Origin: Macrostomum lignano
Lineage: Eukaryota
DNA: 64,000 nucleotides
NCBI GenBank assembly: GCA_002269645.1
Contig: NIVC01000012.1
Span: 930,001-994,000 of the forward strand
Reading direction: 5' to 3'
How positions within the stretch are numbered: position 1 is the first letter of the stretch; each line of letters opens with the position of its first letter. The position numbers were made by a program, and so were the translations under genes. Below are positions 1 through 11,345 of the stretch, piece by piece. A model generated the notes under the pieces. It had not been told where the DNA came from, did no database searches, and was given only the letters and a program-made list of their open reading frames with translations.

Positions 1-362
1 TTTCCTTTGATGCTATTACAAACAAACTATTTCTCTCTTTGAAGCTAGTTCGATAGAAGTCAGCAGAAAATGTTATCACTGGCTTTCTAACATCACCACT
101 ATATTCTTGGACACCAATCAAAAGAAAATCACGCAGTCGTAGATTCTAAAGTTAAGGCAGTAGCACTACTTGGACAAACTTTTTTTAACTCTATGAACTC
201 TGCATATTCCTGCGATCCAATATTTGGTTCATCTGTATTAAGCTCATTAATGACAATGGAGCACTCTTGAGCTAGGCAGTTATTAAAAAGTAATATGAGC
301 ATCATGCTATGCAGAACACTCAAACAATGAGTGCAAGACATGATCCTTTCTTTGTCTTTCAT
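1..362 (-). pseudogene. Secreted lamin-tail-domain (LTD)-like protein, frameshifted, runs off the window start
   Basis: Signal-peptide-like segment (LILLFNNCLAQ) followed by IVINELNTDEP..EYAEFIELK, resembling the VINE..EFIEL LTD motif. After a frameshift near 150 the reading continues open (NLRLRDFLLIGVQEYSGDVRKPVITFSADFY) to position 1. Confidence 0.5.
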
Positions 363-2801
363 TCAAAGACGAAATTTCTGGCTACAATGTAAGGAATTTT
401 TTTTGTTAGGGATAGCTGTGATCAAATAGTAATGATACAACTGGTATAAAATGAAAATAAACTCAATAACATATTTTTTGGTAACTTACCTTTGACTTGT
501 AATTACTAACTGAATATAATAGTAACACCAAGGATTCCACAAAGGTTACTGGATTGAAGTCAAGTTTAAAGGGCTAAAAGTCGAAGGTTAAATAAAATGA
601 GATATACCTGTAAAGCAAGAGAGAGATCTTCTTTTTATGGGCAAAGCAAAGTCAGCGCGGCAAAGGTAGCATGGGCAAAGGTAGAGTAAAGTAAAAGAAA
701 ATGCCAAAGAGCAAAATATGTACAAGAAAAGGTCAACCAACTGTGCTAGTTGGATTTTTATATGATAAGATTAAGAACAAAAAGAGCCTTGGAAATGGTA
801 AGGACAGCGGCTGCACATGTATGCTAATGGTAGCTGGTGCTTGGTAGCACAAGGAGTATGTTGACATTTGGAAATTTAGCACAGGGGAATGAAATATTCA
901 ACACTAGCACTATTGCACTTAGGATGGCTATGTTCAAGTTTAGTATATTTGGACTATACATTTTAGGATTTTATTTTTTCCGAAAGGGTAAGTTTGACAA
1001 GTGTACTGTTTGTATGTACTTTTATAAGTATATATTTCTTTCTCGTTGTCCTTTCAATAAGAGCCTATAGCTACTAAGCTACATGTATTACCACATTCAT
1101 TTTTCACTCATTTCTATAGCAAACTATTCACGCATACGAAAACTGTATATGTAGATTGTAGACATGGTTTGTTTATGGCCCATGCATCAATGCTGTGCAG
1201 CAATATAGCATTGTTGCACCGAAAAAAAGTTATACACTATTACTCTGAAATAATCTCTAAAATGATGTTAAATGTCCAGTTTCCTAAAAAATAGCAATAG
1301 AGGCCTGCATGAATGCACAGCAAGCTCGCCGGTGAGTAAAAACCTCCGTAACTCTGTTGGCCTTCTTTAAGTCCCATAAAAAAGGCGTAGCGCAAAGGGT
1401 AGTCGGGTGAAAATGAATTTAATGAAACAATATGAAACTTTAGTTCATACCATAGACATAAGTATATATATAATTATAGACACTCATATTATTAGCATTG
1501 CTATACTCCCAGCCATGCTTCAGTGCCTCATTAATGCATAGTTTAGCAGTACTGGTTATAATGGATGTATAAAAACAAACAAGTAAATTTTAGAAATTCA
1601 GTTTTTCAACATTCGTGATTCGTAATATCTTGTTTTGCAAAATGTTTTGTAATGTTTTATAATGTCTTGTTTTGTAATATTTCGTGAAAACATTGAAAAT
1701 TAACTTAAAGACAAGCTATATATTTTATAGAAAAAGCTTCTATTAACGAAAAAACTAAGTCGCAAAACTAAGTCGCATTTTTGGTCAAAACTAAGTCGCA
1801 CGGCCAGCGTAATTTCAGAGGTTGCGCATGTAAGCAGCCGGTCCTTCCTTTGCTACAGTTAAATCAGTTGGTTGGGATCTGCCAGCAGGGCCGGCCGGTC
1901 CTTCGGACTGAGGTTGGGGTTTAGAAGGGTCCCCGTCCCTAGAAAAAGCTTAGTTATCCATAAACGGCTCGAAGGCCATGATAAAAGGTTGGTGGGCCAC
2001 CCTCAAAGGGGCGCGGTGCCCACCCGGCCGCTCCACCTGACCGGGCAGTAGGCCAATAGAACCCTCAAGGCTGGCCCGACACCAGGAGGGGGACCGCTTG
2101 CGACCGGACTACTCCCCGGCCTTCCAGCCCATCGGCACGGTCAACACCTTAGGCATTAGAGAGTACGTTGAGCAGTACCACGGCCTGCAGGTTGGCGAGC
2201 CAGACCCGCATACCCAAATTCGGCCGAAGCCACTGGATAGGGTCGCCAGCGCCGGAGCCCAGTCTGTCCAGCAGCCCTAGGGTCTGCCTTGAACACACGC
2301 GGGGACGAGTACCCTGGGTCGACTTGCGAGACAGCGTGGGGGGGGGTGGGGTCTGCGGCTGCCAGAAGCAAATAGAGGGTGCAGACCTCCCACCAGCCTT
2401 GACCTGCCAAAGATAGGGGCAGGCGTGAAGCATCGCAGACCGTAGCCCATAGGCCTAGTCTGTCTCATACTTCACTGGCGTGCTGAATACACCTTCGCGT
2501 GCATAAGTACCGGTAGTGATAACAACAGTTTGGTTTACATTGTGCAAAAAGACGCAGCACATCGTTGGTTGATTAGCAACCAAAAACAATAGCAGATAAT
2601 GAACGTTTGAAAAAGTTTATTGTACACTTTCCGATCCTCAGGTTGTACAATGCCCGGGGTCTATGAAACGTTCTAGCGCGCGCCCAGTCCAAGTTCGGTA
2701 GGTGGTTCCACCTTGCGCAAAACACCCTGTTTACGCACACGACGTTCTGCAAGCGGGTTTTTCGGTTGCTTTTGTTTTCGCTCAGCTCCGCCCGCTCTGC
2801 G

Positions 2802-3522
2802 CTAGCTTCCTACCTTGATTTTTAATGGCAGTATCCAGTAGCAGCGGTCAAACGCCTGCTTGGGAGCTTCTATGAATTGCAATTGTTGAATTTTCAGCAC
2901 CGCGGTTAGAACCGAGTCGTGAATCATCGCCGTGTCTAGGGCGAACAGTACTCTATAGTAGCCCGTCTTGTTCTTGTAGTCGGTGCACAACTTGCCGTTC
3001 TTGTCGTACATTTTAAAGTCGTGAGCCAATCCGAATGCAGCGCTGTCACAGCCAAAAGTGGGGTTGTACCCCAATAGCGCCATTCCTTGGATAGAGAGCT
3101 GTGTCTAGGGCGAACAGTACTCTATAGTAGCCCGTCTTGTTCTTGTAGTCGGTGCACAACTTGCCGTTCTTGTCGTACATTTTAAAGTCGTGAGCCAATC
3201 CGAATGCAGCGCTGTCACAGCCAAAAGTGGGGTTGTACCCCAAATAGCGCCATTCCTTGGATAGAGAGCTGGTGACACACGGAATTGAACGCTTCTGGTA
3301 TGCAGCTCTCTAAGTGCTTTTGGGAAAGAATGATGAATTCGCGACCTTCATTGTCGGTTCTCACACCCTTGACAATCAGTACAGGCGTCGCATTGGCAAG
3401 ATAGAGAGGACCCGTTCGACGTACTCAATGTCGTAAATCTCGGTTCCGTTGTAGCTTGGACCTCTTGACTTGAGAGAGAATAGGTCGATCCTAACACTAT
3501 TGTAGTCTTGAACGGTATCCAT
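2802..3522 (-). pseudogene. Intronless virus-like gene, possibly an ssDNA-binding protein; frameshifted and disrupted by a tandem duplication
   Basis: ATG at 3522 (MDTVQDYNSVRIDLF) joins via frameshifts to GPLYLANATPVLIVKG..GYNPTFGCDSAAFGLAHDFKMYD..GYYRVLFALDTAMIHDSVLTAVLKIQQLQFIEAPKQAFDRC. TATATAAGG at 3569-3577 with upstream GC boxes; AATAAA at 2616-2621. The SSB function is a guess. Confidence 0.45.
2932..3270. repeat. Near-perfect tandem duplication, 169 bp + 170 bp
   Basis: gtgtctagggcgaacag...gatagagagct at 2932-3100 and 3101-3270; the second copy has one extra A. Confidence 0.97.
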
Positions 3523-3614
3523 GTTGCTGCTGCTGTTGCTGAGAGTGGGTCTCGCACCCTGAGCGCCTCCTTATATACCCTTGGGGCGGAGGGTGGGGTG
3601 GCTGGGCGTTTTTG

Positions 3615-4114
3615 TTATAGTCCTTCGTAAACGACATTTTCCGGTGTTGAAAATCCGGAAAAAATCAACCTTTTGTTTCGATCTTCTGGTCGTGGGGTTT
3701 TGGGTGTGTCGTGAATGCAGCTGCAGTGGGGGTTAATAGTCAGCTTCGCAAGCACCGGTCTACTATGTTTAGGTAGCCATATCCTTTGGTGTTCGGTCCA
3801 CGAGGGAGCAAGCGGCTGGTGATTCCGGTACCGTATTTTCTCACGATGATCTTCTTGAAATATTGGGGCAATTATCTGCTCCACTCTTTAAAGATGCATC
3901 TTATCTCTAAAGTAGTCAATTTGAGCATCTGTATATTCTTGAGTGCTGTAAGGCCCTTGCCCAATTTCGTCTACCTCGGCATTAAAGTGACTAATCGTTC
4001 GGGAATTGGTTTGCCGTGACAAATGCATAACCAGTCTGTGGACTTTTTCAGGGTCTCGTACTCTGCCCTTTCTTTGCTCGATAAAAGCGGGTAGTTTCGA
4101 GAAATCCAGCTCAT
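3615..4114 (-). pseudogene. Intronless hypothetical gene with stop/frameshift
   Basis: The ATG overlaps the stop of the upstream ORF (GAA-TGA/ATG-AGC). Open segments MSWISRNYPLL..WLCICHG and a long frame 3615-4190 with a single internal stop. No family recognised. Confidence 0.35.
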
Positions 4115-4464
4115 TCCTCTGATTCGTCAGATTCGTCGAGAAAGAAATAGTGGCAGAAATTGTCCACTCTATTCTTATCAACTGCCGCAAGTATTTTGTC
4201 TGACAGGTGAGATTCGCAGTCTCCTTTTACGTACAGGCGCTTCCCTTCGATAACTTTGATAGATGCGCAGCCTCCGAGATCGTAATCTGTGCAGCTAGTG
4301 CACAGAAATTTCATTCGATGCCATTGTGCTCGACTAAACACGGCTCCTGGGCAGCTACACTTTTGACAGTGGATGCGGAAACGCGGCTCGTTTGAGTCCC
4401 AATATCCCACTTCCAGCACTGCGTCGTCAACGTGGGCGTATACTATTTCCGATTGCCAGTACAT
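4111..4464 (-). CDS. Small hypothetical protein, possibly a diverged PC4-like fold
   Basis: Open ORF MYWQSEIV..EPRFRIHCQKCSCPGAVFSRAQWHRM..acidic tail. PGxxFSxxQW echoes the PC4 motif PGFNLNICQW seen at 16896. Confidence 0.45.
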   Translation of the reverse strand: MYWQSEIVYAHVDDAVLEVGYWDSNEPRFRIHCQKCSCPGAVFSRAQWHRMKFLCTSCTDYDLGGCASIKVIEGKRLYVKGDCESHLSDKILAAVDKNRVDNFCHYFFLDESDESEE

Positions 4465-4490
4465 TTTGATGTTGTTGAGAAATACCAAAT

Positions 4491-5240
4491 TTATTTATTT
4501 TCTAGGCTGCCGTCTGAACAGATTTTCAACCATTCCCTTCACTGTAGGACAGTTCTCTCAATTGATAAAAGTAAATACGCCGCTAGGAGCCCCCAGTTGC
4601 CGCTGCGCGCTTCGTAAAGACAGTTAAGATATGTGTCTCTATTAGCATACGCAAATTATACGGGTTCTGGCAGAATCCGCTTGAGCAACTTTGATAATAA
4701 CAGCCTAGTAGTTCTACCATTGCCGTCGCTAAAGGGGTGGGTGGTGAGAAACTTTTCTAGGAAATATGCTCCTGTCACTACTGCATCTTGCAGGAATTGT
4801 GGCTCGTTTATGTCTCTAGTTAATTTTACCAGCTGCCGTTCGATATTTTCTGGAGCGCTGTAATACATACTCGCACCTGCTGGCTTGGCGTGCTTAATTC
4901 TATACGATCCCGCATTTGAAAGCAGTCCTCCGCACACGCATGTGTGAACTTGTCTAACCAACTCTGTGTCAATTAACCCCCTCGTGTCATTGAGGTGTTT
5001 TGCCGCACTCCATAGATTGGCTGTGACCATACAGGACCCGGTTTTTATCGCTTCTTCTGCTTCCCCCCTCGTTAACGATGCTTCTCTCCTCAATGTTTAC
5101 TTCAGTTACGAATGCCAGCCGGGCCAGACTAGATGTGTGAATTCTAAGCGCTCCTTCGCGGTCAATCCCCCCATTCTTTTCCTAGTGTCTGATAACAATC
5201 TTTCAATGAGGGGTATTCTGTCGCGCACACTCGTTGCTGA
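4491..5240 (-). pseudogene. Fic/Fido-domain protein (AMPylase-type)
   Basis: Canonical motif HPFSDGNGRTTR. N-terminal FVTEVNIE..SLTRGEAEEAI resembles the SNxIEG..LT motif. Reading past the TAA at 4656 gives the typical C-terminal helix RDTYLNCLYEARSGNWGLLAAYL. Frameshifts near 5095-5130. Confidence 0.85.
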
Positions 5241-5619
5241 AATGTACGGCTCTCTCCGTGTGTGACTTACACACTCCCTCTCTGTCCCGCGCCTTCTGCT
5301 ACAGGGGCCGCTCTCTGTCTGCCACTCTTCGCGGGGTGTTACTCATACTACCTCTGTGTCCACGCCGAGTGCTGCGACATGCCAGGGCGGCTTCCTCTGT
5401 CGCAACACGTGCCTCCTCGCACTCTCTGTCCCAACGCACCCCTCACCCCTCCGACAGGGCTGCTCTCAGCCCTCCACATCCTGCTACAGGGGGCTGCTCT
5501 CTGTACAGGGCTGCGTCAGCATCGGGGGGGGGGGTTAAAAAACCCCTTCCTACACCCCCTACCGTATAGTGGCTAACCTTGGTGACATTGGTGGGAGGGG
5601 CGGGATTCCTCCTGCCGGA

Positions 5620-5800
5620 TGTACACTCGCCGGAGGCCCACCCCGTTGAAGGTACACTCGCTGGGGGCCCACCCTGCTGGAGGTACACTCGCTGGAGGCC
5701 CAGCCTGCTGGAGGTACATCCGCTGGAGGCCCACCCCGCTGGAGGTACACCCGCTGGAGGCCCACCCGCTGGAGGTACACCCCGGGGGAGGTGGTACACC
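5620..5800. repeat. GC-rich minisatellite, ~22-25 bp unit (gaggtacactcgctggaggcccacc)
   Basis: About 7 imperfect tandem copies visible. Confidence 0.85.
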
Positions 5801-7114
5801 CCGAAGGAGCACCTTGCCGCGGTGCTAGAGGCCGACATCAGCCCGACGGACCTTCGCGAAAACCCCAGATACGAAGTTGTATAGTCGTGATATCTGATGG
5901 AATGAGGTGACAGCTTTTTATGAATATGAGTTCTTGCAGTGAGTAGTATGTTTAGTTAATTAACTTATAAAGTCCTCAAATACTTGAAAGTCCTCAGATT
6001 CAGATTAGACATAAACCAACCAAACTGAGGCCGGTCGCTTTATGCACCCTGAAAAATAAAATGCATGTCTGAAACACCGGAAAATCCGTGGATTTGCCGC
6101 AGCTCTTTAATTGTACGCTCGTACGTTGTAAGCAGCTATTATCTGAGGCTATTTTTAGCCACCGCGTGTATGTACGTGCGAACTCAGCCATGAAGCCGTC
6201 TCCCCGGGGTTCTCTTAATTCTTCCCTCCCCAGATTTTAAACAAGAAAAATTCTCGAGTTACTACTGTTCAGGCTACCAGAGTAATAACCGAAGATTTAA
6301 ATTCACAAATGGAGATTCTATTCCTCATTAGCCGTTTGTATTTTTTTATTTCGTTATTAAATAATTTGCCACAGATTATATTTGAAAATATGGAAAGATT
6401 ATCGGTTATCGGCCTGCGCATTAAATTTTTAATGATAGACAGAAGCAGAGAAGCAAACAGTAGGGAGAAGCCTAAATTGCTGTCTTCTGATGCATGCAGT
6501 AACAGTCGCATGTCCTGAAACAACATTTGGAGCAACAGAAATTGATAAGAAGGCTGCCAATCAGTGAAGTAACTTGTGCTCGTTTTATAATTTTATCTGA
6601 GCTCAATCAAGGCTGATAACTGTAGCTCAATCTGTTGCAGTACCTGAGCTTTTCATGCTAATTAAGAGTTTCATGTGCATGTGATGTGTGCCAGTGTATC
6701 ACAGCTGTCCTGTAGCGGCTCATGTGTTAATCACATTTTTAAAAATCAATAAGTTGCTCTTTAAACTTTGTTTACCTGTGCCCAAGTAGATTAATTGATT
6801 CGATTCAGTTGAGCCCTGGGGTTTTCAGGCGATGGGAGTCGAGTTCACTGCTGCAGTATTATGGATTTTACTGCAACATCAACAGAATTAATAACTGAAT
6901 ATAATATGTATAACAAGTCAATATTTGAAGCAAATCACTGACATCTCATCTCATTTCATCTGTACAAATGTTTCAGTGTGAGTCACATTGATTTACACAC
7001 TGAGATGCAGCTGCCATCGCTCAGCCATCAGGTTGCGAAGGCGTCTCTGAAAAGCCGGAGAAAGAATTTCAGCATGCAGTCAGGGCTGTCAGGCCCCACT
7101 ACTAATGTTTAAGC

Positions 7115-8065
7115 ATCTTGAGTAAAGAAATCTTTAGCATAGCAAATATTCTTTGTCCTGTTTCTGTGAGTGACAGTTGCTAAAATCTATAGAAATAAAT
7201 CATTTGTTTGCTCTTCTTAAGCATCCGGAAATATATAATTAGGTAACTATTTTAATTTACTTGAATTTAACGGACTAAAATATAATACGCCAAAAGAAGT
7301 AATCAGTTTTCAATTCTCAGTCACTGATTGACAAACCGATCACATCCAGAAAAAAAGCCGGGTAATTTTAAGTGTTGCTATGTATTGTAAGTAGAGAAAA
7401 AAGCAGTCAGGCATCCTTAGTTAAATCACAATAGTCAACAGTAGTGAGTCTTCCCGACTCCTTCTCACGGAAGAGGAATCGGTACCAGCCAGCACCTAGG
7501 GCTTGTACAGCCAGGGCGTATTCGCTGTCGGAAGCTGTAACATTCTCGGGGTACATGTACCCTGGAGGTGGCCGCGCAAACACCCAGTTTTCGAACGCTG
7601 CAATGAGAGAAGACGCAGGCCATTACTACCCGATCAGCTTGTTAATAAACAAAAAGCGCAATATTTGCTTACCATCTCTCACGTAACGCATTTGTATGCA
7701 GCACAATAGTGTTGGAAGAAATTGTTTCTTGCCCATGGTTTTAGCAAACTTGTAATCCAACTCGACTTCCTGTCATCACAGATACTCCATCTGTTGCAAC
7801 GCCCCATAGTCATTGCTAAACAACTGTCGCAATACTATCTTGAGTAAATAAATCTTTTAGCGTAGCAAATATGCTTTGTCCTGTTTCTGTGACTGAAAGT
7901 TGCTTAAATCTATAGAAATAAATTATTGGTTTGCTCTTCTTAAACATCCGGAAATATATCATTAGGTAACTATTTGAAATTACTTAAAATTAACGGACTA
8001 AAATATAATACGCCAAAGGAAATAATCAGTTTTCAATTCTCAGTCACTGATTGACAAACCGATGA
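7115..8065. repeat. Diverged direct repeat of ~230 bp (about 7115-7345 and 7835-8065)
   Basis: Shared tcttgagtaaa..agcaaatat..tttgtcctgtttctgtga..catccggaaatatat..cagtcactgattgacaaaccgat in both copies. Confidence 0.9.
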
Positions 8066-8279
8066 CATTCGGAAAAAAAGAGGATCATGACATACCAGCC
8101 TCCGCCAGCGGCTACATCATCATCATCATAATAACGCTTAGCAACGTCAGGCGCCAAAGAAATACTGAAGCAAGTCCGAAACGATTGAAGAAGAAAAAGC
8201 GCACCCGAAAGGCAACTGGTGGAAATCGAAATAATAGGTCGAGCAATGCTGATCTGCTCAATTATTTTATTTTATTTGC

Positions 8280-9372
8280 TGCCGCCTTGTCAGACTGGAT
8301 GGGTGTTTGCTGAGGGAGGATGTTCGAGACGGAGATGGCATCATCACCGAGCGCAGAGACAGTGATGTGCACCCAGAAAGTTTTGTTCTGTCTACAGCCT
8401 TCTCAGATGTAATTGTGAGCATTAACCAGCGAGTGGTTTCTGGTGGAGACCAGCTATATCCCTACCATGCGTACTTCAAAGCACTAATGTGTTCATCTGA
8501 TGCCCAGCAGCTAAAACTTTACCCTGCTGGCTTTCTGGAGCTGGACTCTGCAGGGAATCCTGGTGGATGGAGTATGTGGGGCCACTCTTCAGCGATGTTT
8601 TCCAGTGTCCAGTGTTTCTGCTAAACAATCTGCACCTTCACATCAAACTGGTGCCCAGCAATGGGGCCTTTGCCATCAGAAGCCTGAATGCAAACAATGT
8701 GGCATATCAAATGGAAATCTCTCACTGCATTCTGCATCTTCGCCGATTCAAAGTGGTGCCCCACATCAGCCTGGCCCATGAGCAGGGATTGACAAACCAA
8801 AATGCACTTTGGAACTAAAATGCATTGAAATGCAGACCTTCGTCCTACCCCAGGGTATCCAGTCTAAAAACATTGAAGGATTCACCTAGGGAAAATTGTC
8901 GAAGTTGGCCTTCATGCTGGCCTTCGTGAGCCACCGAGCATTCAACGGCCATCATCATCATCATTATCGTCATCATCACGCGAGCCCGTTCCAGTTCCAG
9001 AGCTTCAAACTCAGCCGGTTGACTCTAAAGAAAGGTGGAGAAACCGTGTGCCACGGCGCCTTCACACCTGAAAACAATTCCTTCGTAAGAGAATACTTAC
9101 ACTACCTGAAAAACTGTCAATCTGCAAGCTCCACAAATTCGGTCCCGTGGATCCCCTACCAGCTCTTCTCCAACAACAACACGGTGTTTGCATTCGATCT
9201 CACACCCGACGGAGCGGCTCTGTGGTACGGACAGAAGGAGGGCAACCTGCGGCTGGAGATTCGCTTCCAACAGGCTCTGAATGAAGCGGTGTCTCTGATT
9301 GTTATGTGCCTGTATGACTCTCTGATTGAGGTCACCAAGCACCGGGAGCTTTTCCTGGACTATTCCTCTTAA
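8280..9372 (+). pseudogene. Polinton major capsid protein (double jelly-roll, PY), N-truncated and frameshifted
   Basis: STAFSDVIVSINQRVVS..LYPYHAYFKALM; GPLFSDVFQ..LLNNLHLHIKL..AHEQGL; TVFAFDLTPD..KEGNLRLEIRFQQAL..DSLIEVTKHRELFLDY. These match Maverick MCP motifs. Confidence 0.92.
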
Positions 9373-9377
9373 CTGGC

Positions 9378-9920
9378 ATGGACGCAATTCAACTATTTAA
9401 TCTCGCCAGAAAATTTTTGCCTAACCAAAATTTCTCATAGTTACTTTACATTTGTGCTATAAAAATTCTCTGCCCTTGAATGTAAAAAGAAAATTTCGAT
9501 CATCAATTTCCCTTGAAAACAAGTTTGTATTTGTCCTACGTCAGAACAATGGCTCATTTGGTCACTGGGTGGTATGCTATGTTGGGCAAGGAAATTCCAT
9601 TGAGTTGTTGAACTCCCTCGGCTGGGAACCTGAAATTTTATCTTTGGTTTATAATTTGCTTCGAGAGATTAAAACAAATTGCTTTTGGCTCCGAAGCAAT
9701 ATAAACAGAGTTCAATGTGCTAACTCTAATAAATGCGGAATGTTTTGCATCTATTTTGCTTACGAAAAGTTGCTGTTCAATCGTTCATTTGAGGGGATTT
9801 TGAAGAGTTTGCATGCTAATGAAAAAATCATTTAAATGATTGAATTTTACAGATGTTTGAAGCCAACTTCAGAAAAAGATGTCCGTGATTTTCTAGAACT
9901 ATATTTATGCATTAGACAGG
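9378..9920 (+). pseudogene. Adenain/Ulp1-type virion maturation cysteine protease
   Basis: GHWVVCY (His), IELLNSLG (D/NS-x-G), RVQCANSNKCGMFCIYF (Gln, Cys nucleophile); N-terminal part disrupted. Confidence 0.88.
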
Positions 9921-9929
9921 AAGAAAATC

Positions 9930-10563
9930 CAGTTTGCTACGATATCCGCCTCAGGCAGGGAAGCTGTGTGATTGTCTTTGGAGCCACCAATGCAGGGAAA
10001 ACAACCTTTGTCAAACACCTGATCCAGTACGGAGACGTCATGTTTGATGTGAAGCCTGGCAGAGTTCTGTGGTACTATGGGATCTCACGTACAGGCCATG
10101 CAGAGCTGAGCAGCCTATGTGTGCAGCTGCACCAGGGATTTCCCACCAACATCGAGACAGCCCTTAAGCCCAATGACCTGGTTGTTTTCCATGATATAAT
10201 AGAGGAAACTTAAATTCTGCTTCAATGCGATTTTTTTTCACAGGAATCGCACATCACTTGCCGTGCTTTTTGGTGATGCTGACTTAGAATATATTTTTCA
10301 AGGGAAAAGAGTCGCGAACAATGAGCTTGAATGTAATGTATTTAGCTATCTTGAAAAACCCCAGAGACCAACTGCAGATTGCAGCACTGGGCAGACAGTG
10401 CTTTACAGAGAAGCCCGGCTTTCTGCTGTCAGTGTTCAAGCACGTGACCGCGCAGAACAGGGGAGCCTACCTGTTCCTAGACTTTCACCCATCAACTCCC
10501 GATGAGCTGCGAGTGCGGGCCAGAATTCTGCCTAACCAGCGACCCCATCTTGTATTTGCTTAA
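9930..10563 (+). pseudogene. A32-like DNA packaging ATPase
   Basis: Walker A VFGATNAGKTTFV, Walker B-like LVVFHDI, then SLNVMYLAILKNPRDQLQI..AYLFLDFHPSTPDELRVRARILP. Stop and frameshifts at about 10210-10320. Confidence 0.92.
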
Positions 10564-10589
10564 GAAAGTGAAGCTTGTTTTTTATCAGC

Positions 10590-11155
10590 TATTCAATCAA
10601 TATTTGAAGTACAGGTTTGTTGGTCCAAAAGTCGAGAAGCAAAGTTCAGGGACGGAATGATAGCAATATAGTTAGAGAAGTATATAATGTACATCCAGTG
10701 CCCCCTCCCTCAGAACACACGGAGAACATGTCCCGCGCCACTGTGTTGGAGTTGAATGTTGAGGTTGGGGGAATGCGCTTTAATGTACAGCGCTTCAAGT
10801 ATCTGGAGTTTGGAGTCAAAAGAACCTTGTTAAATGACTTTAAAGCGCTCTTCGGATTTTGCAGTTAGAGCAACTATTACACTCTAAGAGATGGTTTTGG
10901 ATAGCCGACGGTTTCAGCCAGTGCTCCCTGATTCTACTATGCAGGTGCCTTTTTGTCTTCCCCACGTAGGAGACGCTCTGGTCATCAGAGCAGTTAAACT
11001 GATAAACGACACCAGCACGAAGAGCTATCAGCTATTTTTTTCATCGCTATGGAAGTGTTTGATTCACATACAAGTCTTTACGTCACCAATATACCGTGCG
11101 CTTCAAGCGGCTGTTGATAAAAAATTGTCCAAAAGAAGTGCGTTATTTTCTTTTT
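10590..11155 (-). mobile_element. Penelope-like retroelement 3' fragment (GIY-YIG endonuclease)
   Basis: Minus-strand GVVYQFNCSDDQSVSYVGKTKRHLHSRIREH..IQNHLLECNSC..LQILEALYIKAHSPNLNIQ; absent from the ORF track because of frameshifts. Confidence 0.88.
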
Positions 11156-11345
11156 GAGGCCTGTCATCATCTCTTACAAAACGATTGATCGTTTTCGCTC
11201 GATGAAAAAGCTGTTCTTGCAAAGTCAAAAGAGATAATTCGAAAAATTACTCAGCAGAGAAGAAAGATAGACTTGTTGAAGGCTGGCTGGCTTCATCAAA
11301 ATACTCCCGATTCTTTTTAAGCTGGTAAAGAAGAAGAGCAAGATG
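11153..11345 (+). pseudogene. Maverick PW-like small basic protein, C-terminal half
   Basis: FEACHHLLQND*SFSLDEKAVLAKSKEIIRKI..DLLK/AGFIKILPILFKL resembles the ExxxNLL..LxxxKxxIRxL..GGFLxxLLP pattern of the small Maverick core-like protein. Confidence 0.55.

Noticed and set aside
1750-1806. Three copies of aaaactaagtcgca as DNA-transposon subterminal repeats
   Set aside because: No partner end or TSD found.
1829-2527. GC-rich ~700-bp block with TG..CA ends as a solo LTR
   Set aside because: No target-site duplication at any candidate end; the ORFs within it have no recognisable motif.
5942-5960. AGTAGTATG as the left Polinton terminus pairing with 17517
   Set aside because: Only 9 bp match the putative right end, and the flanks (GCAGTG vs AAAAGG) give no TSD.
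7444-7709. Coding-looking GC-richer segment between the direct repeats (possible penton or exon)
   Set aside because: No frame on either strand gave a recognisable motif.
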